DNA from: a virus
Direction: 5' to 3' (one strand)
Length of the DNA: 64,000 nucleotides
Virus record (IMG/VR): IMGVR_UViG_3300045741_000389
Location: 4,802 to 68,801 of that record
Each line of letters starts with the position of its first letter. Positions within the stretch are counted from its first letter, which is position 1. The position numbers were made by a program, and so were the translations under genes. Shown here one piece after another: positions 25,120-34,846 of the stretch. The notes beneath the pieces were generated by a model. That model was not told the origin of the DNA. It did no database searches and worked only from the letters and a program-made list of their open reading frames with translations.

Positions 25120-25628
25120 CAGTAACTGTCACGCGAAGGAGGGCTCGGCTCAGGCGAAGGGCTCGGCTCAGGCGAAGGGGTGGGCGCAGGGGACCCCCAT
25201 TCGCCTGTGGCTCCTGCGCCGGAGAAATCGCCCCCTCCGCCGCTCTTGAACGGTTCCGGCGCCACCGGCGTCAACGCATCGGAAGGCACCCAGTGCACCG
25301 GCCCCTCGGGCGTCGCCGGAGCAGTTCCTGTGTTGTACCAGACGTTCTGCGCATCGTCGTCACGCACTGAGTGGCGAGGCTTCGGTGCGGGCGAGGTGGG
25401 AAAGGGCCACTCACGCCGTCCTCGGTGCACCGGGGAAGCCTGTATGCGCAACCACTCGCGCCGCGTCTCTTCAAGCATGCGCTGCTTGCGCATCTGCAGA
25501 GCTTGCCGCTCCACCTCCAGCTCAGCTGCGCGCGCCGCGTTGCGCTTGGCCTCGCGAACGACGAGCACAGCCCAGATGCCGAAGACGACAGCAGCGATGA
25601 ACACGACGAGCCAAGCGGCTTCAGACAT
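25119..25628 (-). CDS. Membrane-anchored protein with GGGGDFSGAGATGEW tail
   Basis: N-terminal TM helix, coiled coil, Gly-rich motif and Pro/Ser tail. Confidence 0.75.
   Translation of the reverse strand: MSEAAWLVVFIAAVVFGIWAVLVVREAKRNAARAAELEVERQALQMRKQRMLEETRREWLRIQASPVHRGRREWPFPTSPAPKPRHSVRDDDAQNVWYNTGTAPATPEGPVHWVPSDALTPVAPEPFKSGGGGDFSGAGATGEWGSPAPTPSPEPSPSPEPSPPSRDSY
25140..25178. repeat. 18-bp tandem repeat (about 2 copies) encoding PSPEPS
   Basis: agggctcggctcaggcga occurs twice in tandem. Confidence 0.75.
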
Positions 25629-25815
25629 GACGAACTCCTTTCGGTTGCAGGTAGCGAAGACGGCGCAGCTGGAGCTGGAGGTACCACCGCGCGTGGGGAT
25701 CCCGCCGGAGCGGCAGGTAGTGGCGGACGAGCATGCGCAGTTTCTCGCGCTCGTTCTGCTCGCTGACAGCGATGCGCAGCGCTGTGACGACTGTGCTGAG
25801 ATTGGGGGCCTTCAC
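25621..25815 (-). CDS. Hypothetical basic protein
   Basis: 64 aa, overlaps both neighbours. Confidence 0.55.
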   Translation of the reverse strand: MKAPNLSTVVTALRIAVSEQNEREKLRMLVRHYLPLRRDPHARWYLQLQLRRLRYLQPKGVRHV

Positions 25816-26510
25816 GTTGCGATCCTCCGCGCCTCGGGCACCGTACCCTCGCCCACGCCCCGGTGCACGGAGTGCTTGGAGCCCTCTTCGACGCCGCGCT
25901 GGTAGTCGTCCATCGTGCCGATGCGCTTCGTCGGGTCGTAAGGCTTCTTGTCCGGGTTCGTCATGCGGTCCTTCACGCCCAGCGCAATCGCCTCCTTCTG
26001 CGCAGGCTCGAGCACCAGCTCGGTGATCTGCTTGTGGATCGTGACGGTGAAACCGACGAGGAAGGTTTCACCCGAGGCCATCTTCTGCCCGCGCGTCAGG
26101 TACGGATTCAGCGTGGCGACGTACCGCGCCCGCGCCTTCACCGCGTTGCGGTGGATCACCTCGTACGCATAGGTGCAGGTCTCCACCTGCCCGTTCAGGC
26201 CGACGAAGACGATCTCGGCCAGCATGCGGCCGGTCTTCCAGTAGTGGATGAAGTACGAGCAGCCGAAAGCACGCCCGAGGATGACGGCCAGCGCCAGCTC
26301 CCACACGGCCGGGCGGCGCCAGGAGCCGGTCTTGGCACGGCCCTCGCCGACCTCCGCCTTGTGCACCGAGCCCATGCTGATGTTGTGCTCGCGCATCAAC
26401 GCCTGCGCCTGCCGGAGCGCCATTGCGGCCATGTTCGGATCCGCACGGTCGTCGGCGGAAAGGGCGAGGCACTTCTTGATCTTCTGGATGATGCGGTCGT
26501 TGTCGTTCAC
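25812..26510 (-). CDS. DUF2786-domain protein
   Basis: RIIQKIKKCLALS..A.MALRQAQALMREHNI; GTGA-coupled start. Confidence 0.8.
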   Translation of the reverse strand: MNDNDRIIQKIKKCLALSADDRADPNMAAMALRQAQALMREHNISMGSVHKAEVGEGRAKTGSWRRPAVWELALAVILGRAFGCSYFIHYWKTGRMLAEIVFVGLNGQVETCTYAYEVIHRNAVKARARYVATLNPYLTRGQKMASGETFLVGFTVTIHKQITELVLEPAQKEAIALGVKDRMTNPDKKPYDPTKRIGTMDDYQRGVEEGSKHSVHRGVGEGTVPEARRIAT

Positions 26511-26746
26511 AGCACATCCTCCGCCTTGCGCACACCCTTGGCCACCAGATGCCCAAACGCGAGTGCCGCGCCGGAACTGTTGAACTCCGGCTTCTGCAGC
26601 TTCTTGTTGACGACAGCGCGGTACACATCGTCGCCGAAGGTGACTGACTCGTAGACCGCCTTGCTTTCGAAAGCCCCACACGCGGGGCACCGTTCGTCGC
26701 TGGGCTTCAGCGCTGCGTGGCAGTGGAAGCAGACAAACCGTTTCAT
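26507..26746 (-). CDS. Zinc-ribbon protein
   Basis: CFHC..CPACG; GAAGGAG RBS. Confidence 0.7.
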   Translation of the reverse strand: MKRFVCFHCHAALKPSDERCPACGAFESKAVYESVTFGDDVYRAVVNKKLQKPEFNSSGAALAFGHLVAKGVRKAEDVL

Positions 26747-26823
26747 CTCGGCTCCTTCAGGGTTGGGAGGGTATTGTGTGAGTCCTCGTCAGCCCGGAGC
26801 AAGGCCCCGGGCCGGCGGGGAAG

Positions 26824-27906
26824 TTAGGCGGCCACCAGCTTCAGCAGGTCGCCGGCTTGCGTCTCGAGCGCCACGCGCTCCATCTGCCACGGGACCGAGC
26901 GAGCCAGCGCGGTGACGGCGGTGACGGCGTCCCACAGCGTTTCCACCGGGCGCTGCTCGTCCGCCTGATGCGCCTGCTGGATGCGCTCGACCATCTTCGC
27001 GCCGAAGCGCTTCTCGAGGAAGGCTTCCACGTTCTCGATCTTCTGCTTCTGCGCAGCGAGCAGGGCGGACTGAATGCCGGCCACCGAGCTGTCCGCGTAG
27101 GCGGTCAGCGCCGGAGCGATCTCACGCAGGAACCGGTCGGGCGCAGCGGAGGTGTGGCGGATGCTGATCTCCTGGATCTCCTCCGCACCCCAGACGATGC
27201 GGTTCATGCACACGTAGTCGAAGAGGAACGACTTGACATTCAGCGAGCAGGCGCCCACTTCCGACTGCCACAGGAAGAACCCGCGCGCCAGCGCACCGGT
27301 CTTGCCGTCGCGGCGGTTGGGCAGTTCGATGCGGTTCTTCTCGTCCGCCAGGAAGACGAACATGTCGCGGTCGCCCGCGTACAGCGTGGTGTTCGCCTTG
27401 GTGATGGGGACGTCCTTGCCGAACTCCCCCGGCACCTTGAAGCGGCCAGTGGCGCCGTCGCCGAAGCGCTCGACGAGGGAGTCGATGACGTCCGCATTCC
27501 AGATGCGCCCGTAGCCGGCACCGGTCGCCGCGCGCAGGCCCATCTCCTTGTCGAGCAGCAGCTTGGTGTCCTGCGCCGACTTGGAGTACAGGCCGTAGTT
27601 GATCAGGTCGGCCGCGAGCGAGGAGGGCAGCTCACGCAGGTACTGGGCCGGCGCCGGGCGGGCGAGGTAGCACAGCTGGTTGAAGGCCCAGTAGGTCGGC
27701 GTGTAGCCGACGCCCGCCTCGCCCACGATCTTCAGGCCCTTGTTGTCCTCGTCCGCCAGCGCGTGGATCGTGTGGGTGTTGACGGTGGCTTCCTTCGACC
27801 GGGCGCGCAGCGCGGCGAAGTGCGCCTGCATCTCGGTGAGGCTGGTGAAGCGCTCGTCGTCCGGGCGCGACGCCCACTGGGCGGAGGCTTGGGTCAGGAT
27901 GGTCAT
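26824..27906 (-). CDS. DUF932-family protein
   Basis: WASRPDDERF, LYAGDRDMFVFL, GFFLWQSEVG, YVCMNRIVWG..IRH. Confidence 0.75.
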   Translation of the reverse strand: MTILTQASAQWASRPDDERFTSLTEMQAHFAALRARSKEATVNTHTIHALADEDNKGLKIVGEAGVGYTPTYWAFNQLCYLARPAPAQYLRELPSSLAADLINYGLYSKSAQDTKLLLDKEMGLRAATGAGYGRIWNADVIDSLVERFGDGATGRFKVPGEFGKDVPITKANTTLYAGDRDMFVFLADEKNRIELPNRRDGKTGALARGFFLWQSEVGACSLNVKSFLFDYVCMNRIVWGAEEIQEISIRHTSAAPDRFLREIAPALTAYADSSVAGIQSALLAAQKQKIENVEAFLEKRFGAKMVERIQQAHQADEQRPVETLWDAVTAVTALARSVPWQMERVALETQAGDLLKLVAA

Positions 27907-27955
27907 TTGGGGCTCCTTCGGGGTTCAGGGTTAGTAGCAAGACGCTACAGGAGTG

Positions 27956-27985
27956 ATTCTGCCCATCTCCTCGTCGGCTGGGCAA
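27956..27985 (-). promoter_or_regulatory. Putative sigma70-like early promoter
   Basis: TTGCCC-N18-CAGAAT, same geometry as the other - strand promoters. Confidence 0.5.
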
Positions 27986-27997
27986 AAAGTTGTGAGA

Positions 27998-28276
27998 TCA
28001 GAACGGGACGTCGTCGAAGCAGGGCATCGCGCCGAAGTCCACCACCTCGCCGTCGCACACGATGACGTACTGCTCGATCTTCCCGCCGGTGAGCACACCC
28101 ACCGTGCGCGCCCACACGTCGTGCTCGGGGTGGCCTTCCAGCTGGGGGCCGCTCTCGGGTCCGCCCACATCTTCCCAGTGGGCTTCCACGTGCTCGCACA
28201 CGAACCCGAGGGCAGCCAGCAGGCGGGCATCGCTGCGCCGGAACGGCAGCGGGCGGACGAAAGGCTTTGTGAACAT
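27998..28276 (-). CDS. Hypothetical acidic protein
   Basis: AAGGAG RBS, 92 aa. Confidence 0.68.
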   Translation of the reverse strand: MFTKPFVRPLPFRRSDARLLAALGFVCEHVEAHWEDVGGPESGPQLEGHPEHDVWARTVGVLTGGKIEQYVIVCDGEVVDFGAMPCFDDVPF

Positions 28277-28357
28277 GAGCTCTCCTTGTAAGGGCTATCG
28301 TCGCACCTCGATTCAGGGTCGAGGAGCGACCGCAGCCCTCAGCTGCGGAAGGGGCGC

Positions 28358-28885
28358 TCAGGCAGCGACGACCACGCCGTGGCGCTTGGCCCAGTAGAAG
28401 TGCGACAGGCTGTTCACCTCACCGCCACACGCCTTGCAGAAGTCCGGGCGGGTGAAGGCGCCACCCTTCTTGGCCAGCTTGGTGACCGCTTCGTAGATCG
28501 CGCCGCGCTTCACCTTGCTGGTGTCGCCCAGCTTGTACTCGGTCTTGTCGGCGTCGTGGGCCGGCGTGGCCGCCTTCGTCGCCTTCGCGGTCGGGCGCTT
28601 CGTGCCGGCGGCAGGCACCACGCGCACGGTCGCGCCAGCAGCGGTCTTCAGCGTCGCCGCACCGTTGGCGACCTGGACCTTGCCCTGGCGGGCAGGCAGA
28701 GCAGGGGCGCTGGCCAGCTTGGCCGCCTCGGCCGCTACCGCTTCGATCTCGTCGATCAGGGCGGTGACGCGCTTCTCGGCGGTGGCGCGGTCGGCGAACT
28801 TCTTGACCGGCGCCTTCTTGTTGTGCTTGTTGTAGAAGGCGACCAGGTCGGCGGTCGAGGCGGTCTTGACTTCGGTCTTCAGCAT
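28358..28885 (-). CDS. Lys/Ala-rich putative DNA-binding protein, paralogous to 10722-11408
   Basis: TAAGGAG RBS; C-terminal YKLGDTSKVKRG..FTR..SL.HFYW similar to the other copy. Confidence 0.75.
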   Translation of the reverse strand: MLKTEVKTASTADLVAFYNKHNKKAPVKKFADRATAEKRVTALIDEIEAVAAEAAKLASAPALPARQGKVQVANGAATLKTAAGATVRVVPAAGTKRPTAKATKAATPAHDADKTEYKLGDTSKVKRGAIYEAVTKLAKKGGAFTRPDFCKACGGEVNSLSHFYWAKRHGVVVAA

Positions 28886-28987
28886 TTCAGGCTCCTTAGG
28901 GTTGACGATCAGGGTGACTAGATCATCGTCCTTTTGCCTGAAGTGGGCAATACCCTTACTGATTGGTAAGGATTAGCCCGAAGACCT

Positions 28988-29335
28988 CTACTGCACCCGG
29001 CTCGGCGTCTCCGGAGGGGCCTCGAGCCACCGTACCAGGAGCGTAGAGGCGTCGGAGTCGTACCGGTAGGCTATCCCCCCCAGCGCTTCCTCCGGCGCTC
29101 CCTCGGCCTCGAGCCGCTTGGCGAGGGTGAGGTCGAGCGCCACCTCGGTAGTACCGTGCTTCTGCCGGAGCAGCTCACACAGCACGCCGCGCAGCCACGC
29201 TGGGTTGTCGAGCGGGCGCGACTCCAGCAGGGCAGCGAACCCAGCATCGATGCGGGCGCGGATGTACTCTTCTAGGCACTTACCATCGGAGCAGGCGGAA
29301 GGTGTGGCGCAAGCGGCGCAGCGTTCCGTGCTCAT
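28988..29335 (-). CDS. Hypothetical protein with Cys cluster
   Basis: CAAC..C...C at the N-terminus; ATGA-coupled. Confidence 0.6.
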   Translation of the reverse strand: MSTERCAACATPSACSDGKCLEEYIRARIDAGFAALLESRPLDNPAWLRGVLCELLRQKHGTTEVALDLTLAKRLEAEGAPEEALGGIAYRYDSDASTLLVRWLEAPPETPSRVQ

Positions 29336-29628
29336 ACATTCACCCCGCGCGAGCGCAGCCACACCCCCAGCTCATCGCACCCCTGGCGCAGCAGCAGGTA
29401 CGCCGCGCGCACGCGCTCGGTCTGCCCGGAGGGGAGCGCTTCGTCCAGGTGGTGCGCGCCGCGCTGAATGCGCAGCTGCGCAGTGGCGTAGTCGAACACC
29501 TCCGTGCCGTGCGGTCGCAGGTCGAGCGTGGCGCGCTCGTGGCGCAACTCGTACGCCTTGGTGTCCTGCTGGCGTGCGAGGTCCTCGGTATGGTCGTCGA
29601 AGCGTTGCTTCAGTGGTAGCATGATCAT
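29332..29628 (-). CDS. Hypothetical protein
   Basis: Follows the primase-helicase directly. Confidence 0.6.
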   Translation of the reverse strand: MIMLPLKQRFDDHTEDLARQQDTKAYELRHERATLDLRPHGTEVFDYATAQLRIQRGAHHLDEALPSGQTERVRAAYLLLRQGCDELGVWLRSRGVNV

Positions 29629-29629
29629 C

Positions 29630-31657
29630 TCAGTACTTGTCCTTTCTGTTCAGATTCGGGTGTGTCTCGTTGTAGTGATCGCACGCCTGTTTCCACGTGG
29701 CGCGCTCCCACTTTGCCCAGTTCCGCACAACGTAGGCCATGCGCATTGTGCCGTCGCTCAGCCGCAGCTTGCTGCCCGTGGCCGGCGGGCGGAACCCTGC
29801 GCGCTTCAGCTCGCGCGCCAGCGCGTTCACTGTCGTGCGCTTGGCTCCCGTGGGATCGTAGAGCATGTGCAGCTCGGGCGCGGTGACCAAGTCGCCCTTC
29901 AGCCCAGCTTTCTCCAGCAGCACGTCCCCATTGTCACGCAGATCGCGCACCCACGCACCCAGATCGCTCTTGCCCAGCTCCAGCATCTCCTGTTTACCAC
30001 GCGTGTCCGGCGCCGGCGCCTGTGGATCGAATCCACTCGTGTCCACCTTGAGCAGGTGCGCCCACAGCGCGGCGATTCCTACAGCCGAGTCGCGCCAGCG
30101 CACGTAGTTCTTGTAGGCCAGGAACTTGCCTGCCATCACCTCGTGAATGAAGAAGCGTCGGTCGCCGTCGTCCATGTAGAACGTGTCGGGGTCGTTCGCT
30201 GTATACAAATAGTTGATGGTGTCGCGGATGGAGTAGCTGGGAATGTACTTGATATCGAGCCGCACGGTCTTCTGCGTGACCAGGGTCATGATGCGCCGCA
30301 TCAGCTTGCGGTCGCCCTTTGCGACAATGTCGTCCCCCAGCACGAACTGTTTGTCCTGCGCCCACTCGAGCCGGGGATTCTCCAGGTCAACGTCGTGAAT
30401 CTCGCTGCTGTTCTTGCTGCCGTACAGGCGCATCAGCGTGTGGCCGACCAGTGTCTTCCCACTCCCGTGTGTGATGCCCCAGAGCAGCACGGCCGTGGCC
30501 AGCTTGGCGCCCGGGTTCTGCACGGGGTACGCACACCAGCATTCGAACCAGTGGCGGGAGGCAGCGTCCGTCCCGAACAAGTGGTCGAGCAGGTCGCTCC
30601 AGGGCTGTACGTCGCCCGCAGTGGGCTCCGGCACTCCCCAGCCTTCCCAGGTGTTGAGGTAGCCGTCCTCGTTCACCTCGGGGCCTCCAGGCTCGTACAC
30701 GAGCCCTCGGCACTCACTGCGGTGCTCCCACTCGATCCATGCCTTGGCCGCCGGTACCTTGACCATCTGCGCCGCCCCACGCGCTGAGGTCCGCGTCTCC
30801 CAGTAGTGCACATTGGCGAACGCGTGGTCCTTGAACGCGGAAGGGGTGAGCCGCTGGCGGAGGTCGCGGTCCCACACCAGGCCCGGGTCGCGCACGTAGA
30901 CGCAACGCCTGCTCAGGTCGTGGAGGGCTGCGCTGCTGTTGTACTCGAACGCTTCCTCGAGCACTTCGCTCTGCAGCGAGTCGATGCCGTGCAGCACGAT
31001 GTAGTCGTCCAGCCCTGTCTTCGTCGCCTCGTCGCGCGACGGCATGCGAGCGATCCACACCTGTGCTCCGCGCTCCAGCAGACGGCGGGCGAGTCGCGCC
31101 TCGGCCGCGACGATGTCGGGGTTGGTAGCGGCGTCGGAGTCGTAGACGATGTATACCGTGCGCCCAGCCCACTCGAACCACTCGAAGCCTTCCAGCAGCG
31201 GTGTGCCGTTCTTCGCGGACTGAAAGCACCACACGCCGCCGAGCCCGATGGTGGGCAGCCCGTGCTTGGTTGCGCACGCGCTCTTGAGCTCACCCTCGGT
31301 AATTAGAAGCGGAATCTCCTTGTCGTTCGCAATACCATTCCAGTCCACGAACGGAGGCAGGTAGAGCTCATTGGTTGTATGGGGCGGCTGCCCATATCTC
31401 ATTGCTTTCTTGCTCGTCTGCTTGCTGAACCCGGTGCGCGTGTCCTCCATGTAGCGCACGCGAAAGAACTTCGTTATGCGCCCGTTGAGGTCGAAGTAGG
31501 GAATCTTGAACCCTGCCACCGCAGCAGGTAGCTTGGCCTGCTTGCACTGCTCGGCTGTGAAGGGCTCGATGCGCAGTAGCTCGGCGTCCTCGGGGTCGAG
31601 CGCTGAGCCTGCTAGCTTCGTAAGGGTGGCAGGGGATAGCTTCGGTCTGCGTGCCAT
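29630..31657 (-). CDS. Primase-helicase (DUF3854 Toprim + SF3 helicase)
   Basis: LITEGELKS, GLGGVW, IVYDSD, KTGLDDY; GITHGSGKT Walker A; LGDD; TAN..DRRF. Confidence 0.9.
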   Translation of the reverse strand: MARRPKLSPATLTKLAGSALDPEDAELLRIEPFTAEQCKQAKLPAAVAGFKIPYFDLNGRITKFFRVRYMEDTRTGFSKQTSKKAMRYGQPPHTTNELYLPPFVDWNGIANDKEIPLLITEGELKSACATKHGLPTIGLGGVWCFQSAKNGTPLLEGFEWFEWAGRTVYIVYDSDAATNPDIVAAEARLARRLLERGAQVWIARMPSRDEATKTGLDDYIVLHGIDSLQSEVLEEAFEYNSSAALHDLSRRCVYVRDPGLVWDRDLRQRLTPSAFKDHAFANVHYWETRTSARGAAQMVKVPAAKAWIEWEHRSECRGLVYEPGGPEVNEDGYLNTWEGWGVPEPTAGDVQPWSDLLDHLFGTDAASRHWFECWCAYPVQNPGAKLATAVLLWGITHGSGKTLVGHTLMRLYGSKNSSEIHDVDLENPRLEWAQDKQFVLGDDIVAKGDRKLMRRIMTLVTQKTVRLDIKYIPSYSIRDTINYLYTANDPDTFYMDDGDRRFFIHEVMAGKFLAYKNYVRWRDSAVGIAALWAHLLKVDTSGFDPQAPAPDTRGKQEMLELGKSDLGAWVRDLRDNGDVLLEKAGLKGDLVTAPELHMLYDPTGAKRTTVNALARELKRAGFRPPATGSKLRLSDGTMRMAYVVRNWAKWERATWKQACDHYNETHPNLNRKDKY

Positions 31658-31682
31658 GTGCTCGTTCGTTCAGGGTAGGCTC

Positions 31683-31824
31683 TCTTCACATGTGCGCTGG
31701 CCCCTCGGCGCTTCACAGCGGGGATGCAACGCGTGCGTGGTTTTATCCATTGACCTGCAGGGTGGACGTTGAGACGGGAAAGAGAGGAGGACCCTGCAAT
31801 TACGATCCAGCGCACATGTGAAGA
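31683..31824. repeat. 18-bp perfect inverted repeat upstream of primase-helicase
   Basis: tcttcacatgtgcgctgg (31683-31700) and its reverse complement (31807-31824), each containing the palindrome CACATGTG. Confidence 0.8.
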
Positions 31825-32542
31825 AAGGCTCGGAGCAAACAGCCGCTTGGCGCGCAGCACGGAAGGAAAAAGGAGCAAACCCTTCCGCACGGTCACCCCC
31901 TGAATAGGTCAGCGCGCCGCGCACTGAGTGCTCCGAGCGGGGCGCAGTTTGCCCTGTTTCCAGGCCTGCAAGCAAGTCGACGCATTTGAGCGGTTGAATA
32001 TGTGAGAGCAGTTACCGTGTTTGCGCGAACCAGCAGAACTGAACCAGTCTCTGTAATCTACGCGCTGCGTTGTGAGAACTTGGTACAAAGAAACCGTGCA
32101 TTTACGCGGGTTGCCACGTGGTTGACTGCGTTCTTGGGGCTGCGCGCTGCGAGCTGAGTTTGCCGATTAGTATTGGTTCCCTGTGCGCGGTTTGTACTCT
32201 CCTCTACTCTGACTCTTCTACCTTCCCTTTACGGTAGTAAAGAAAGAAGGAACTCAGAACTACGCGCCGCGTTTTTGCCTTGGTGGCGGGCCAGTTGCTG
32301 TTCAAAATGCTACTTCCGAATCCCTCCAGAACTATCTCACAGGAAAACGTGCGTAAGTCTCACACGCATTCGCACCATGACGCGTTTGTACCATCGCACA
32401 AAGAACCACGTACCTTGGTAGCGTTCACTGTAATGGAGAACACGATGTTTACCGATTAGAGCTGAAAACCACACGTCTAAAAAGTTAGTCTATTGGGGCA
32501 AATCAAAAAGCCTCTGTATCGGAACCACGCAGATCGTCGTAA

Positions 32543-33025
32543 GTGGATGCCAACCAATTAGGCTTGCTCATCAAAATTTTCAGGGCGCAGAATAACGCGC
32601 GTGAATCTCACAAATCAGGCAGCCCCTCCGTGACGCGCATTCAACGTCCTGCGCTCTTCGTCACAGACATCCCCGGTGTGTATCGCAATCGCTCCGGGGT
32701 TTTCTGCAATGAGAAGGGTGTGTCGCTGTCGTTCGCTGAGCTGAAGGAAGCGGACGCTGAGCGCTGGGTCGAAGTGCTCGGCCACGCACCGACGTCGCCT
32801 GCTGAGCTGCTGAAGGGCATCGCGCTCGACCCACGCGCGCCGTTCGATGTGCGCATGAAGGCGGCCCAGCAGGCTGCTCCGTACTACGACATGCGCATGC
32901 CGTTGCGCATCGACGGCAACGTGAAGACCAACACGGGCCTGGACATGGCTGCGCTGGCGAAGATGAGCAAGGAGAAGCGCGAGTCGCTGCTCAAGCTGCT
33001 CAAGGAAGCAGGAGTGGAGCTGTGA
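32543..33025 (+). CDS. Probable terminase small subunit
   Basis: SPAELLKGIALD..VRMKAAQQAAPYY motif upstream of TerL; true start may be GTG 32630. Confidence 0.6.
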   Translation: MDANQLGLLIKIFRAQNNARESHKSGSPSVTRIQRPALFVTDIPGVYRNRSGVFCNEKGVSLSFAELKEADAERWVEVLGHAPTSPAELLKGIALDPRAPFDVRMKAAQQAAPYYDMRMPLRIDGNVKTNTGLDMAALAKMSKEKRESLLKLLKEAGVEL

Positions 33026-33207
33026 GCGCAGAGCACTTCGTGCCACAGCCCGGCGCTGTGCGCTACTTCGACGAGGAGCGCAACACCTGGCAGTGTGCTA
33101 ACCCGCGTGACATGATGTTCAGCACTGTGACCATGCTCGCCACGGAGTACTGGGCGGACAGCTGGCGCCCCATCTTCGACAACGCTGACAGCGAGGTTGA
33201 GAAGTGA
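33022..33207 (+). CDS. Hypothetical protein
   Basis: GTGA-coupled on both sides. Confidence 0.6.
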   Translation: MSAEHFVPQPGAVRYFDEERNTWQCANPRDMMFSTVTMLATEYWADSWRPIFDNADSEVEK

Positions 33208-34844
33208 CACCCGACGTTGCGCAGATCGCAGCGCGTGGTGGCGTGCTCAACCTGCGCAGCATGGCGCTGCAGATTGAGGCCTCGCTGCTCAGTGAGTCGC
33301 TCTACGAGTTTGCGAAGGCAGCGTGGCACATCGTCGAGCCAGGCGTTGCGTTCCGCGACAACTGGCACCTTCACGTGATCTGCTCCCACCTCGAGGCAGT
33401 CAGCCACGGGGTGATTCGCAACCTGATTATCAACATCCCGCCACGCAGCATGAAGTCGCTGCTGGTCAGCGTGCTGTGGCCTGCGTGGCAGTGGACCTGG
33501 AAGCCTACGCACAAGTGGCTGTTCAGCAGCTACGGGCAGGCGCTGGCCACGCGCGACGCGCTGAAGACGCGGCGCCTGCTGCAGAGCACGTGGTACCAAG
33601 AGCGCTGGGGTGCGCTGAGCGAGTGGGAGCAGCGCTTCAAGCTCACCGGCGACCAGAACCAGAAGATGCGCTACGAGAACGACCGCCTCGGCTACCGCAT
33701 CAGCACCTCGGTCGGCGGGCTCGGCACTGGCGAAGGTGGCGACACCGTGGTGGTGGACGACCCACACAACGTCGAGGAAGCGGAGTCCGACGCTGTGCGT
33801 GAGAGCACGTGCACGTGGTGGTTCGAGACGATGAGCACACGGGGCAACGACCCCGAGCGCGTGGCGAAGGTGATCGTGATGCAGCGTGTGCACGAGAAGG
33901 ACCTCACTGCGCAGTGCCTGGAGCGCGGTGGCTACGACCACCTGTGCCTCCCCATGGAGTACGAGTCGGACCACCCGACGCTGAGCAGCACCGCCCTCGG
34001 CTTCAAGGACCCTCGCAAGGACGAGGGAGCGCTTCTCTGGCCTGGGCGCTTCACGGCCAAGGCACTAGCTGACCTGAAGACCAGCCTCGGCGAGTACGGC
34101 ACGGCCGGCCAGCTGCAGCAGCGCCCCACGCCGCGCGGCGGCGGCATGTTCAAGAAGGAGCACCTGAAGTTGTGGCCTGCGGACAAGGAGCTGCCGGGCC
34201 TGCTCTTCGTGCTGCAGAGCTACGACACCGCGTTCACCGACAAGACCACCAACGACCCGTGCGCTGCAATCTCGCTTGGCGTTTTCGAGCTCAACGGTAA
34301 GCGTCGGCTGCTGCTGATGGACGCGTGGAGCGATTGGCTGCGCTACTCCGCGCTGCGCCGCCGCGTGGTCAAGGACTGGGGTACGCGGTACGGTGGCGAT
34401 GCGAAACAGCGCGTGCCGCCGCGCAGGCCCGACGCGCTGCTGGTGGAGAACAAGAGCAGCGGCATCAGCATCATTCAGGACCTCCACGAAGCCAGCATCC
34501 CCGCACAGAAGTACAACCCTGGCGACGCAGACAAGACCGCACGGGCCGAGCGCGTGATGCCGTTGTATGAGATGGGCGTGCTCTACGTGCCCGAGACCAA
34601 GCAGGCCAAGCCCGGAGCGCGCTGGATCGAGACTTTTGCCACGTGGGCTCAGCCCTTCGTGACACAGCTAACGAAGTTCGCTCCCGGTGTGTCGGGGCAC
34701 GACGACTACGTGGACACGTTGACACAAGCGCTGATCTTCTTGAAGGACGGCGGATGGCTCGACAGCCCGGAAGGGTACGTCGACGACGAGGAGCCTTCGG
34801 CCGCGTACGGCACGAAGCGCAAGAGCAACCCTTACGGAGAGTGA
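33204..34844 (+). CDS. terL: Terminase large subunit
   Basis: INIPPRSMKS Walker A, GTGEGGD..VVDDPH, MQRVHEKD, QSYDTA, VENKSSG, HDDYVDTLTQ. Confidence 0.95.
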   Translation: MTPDVAQIAARGGVLNLRSMALQIEASLLSESLYEFAKAAWHIVEPGVAFRDNWHLHVICSHLEAVSHGVIRNLIINIPPRSMKSLLVSVLWPAWQWTWKPTHKWLFSSYGQALATRDALKTRRLLQSTWYQERWGALSEWEQRFKLTGDQNQKMRYENDRLGYRISTSVGGLGTGEGGDTVVVDDPHNVEEAESDAVRESTCTWWFETMSTRGNDPERVAKVIVMQRVHEKDLTAQCLERGGYDHLCLPMEYESDHPTLSSTALGFKDPRKDEGALLWPGRFTAKALADLKTSLGEYGTAGQLQQRPTPRGGGMFKKEHLKLWPADKELPGLLFVLQSYDTAFTDKTTNDPCAAISLGVFELNGKRRLLLMDAWSDWLRYSALRRRVVKDWGTRYGGDAKQRVPPRRPDALLVENKSSGISIIQDLHEASIPAQKYNPGDADKTARAERVMPLYEMGVLYVPETKQAKPGARWIETFATWAQPFVTQLTKFAPGVSGHDDYVDTLTQALIFLKDGGWLDSPEGYVDDEEPSAAYGTKRKSNPYGE

Positions 34845-34846
34845 GT

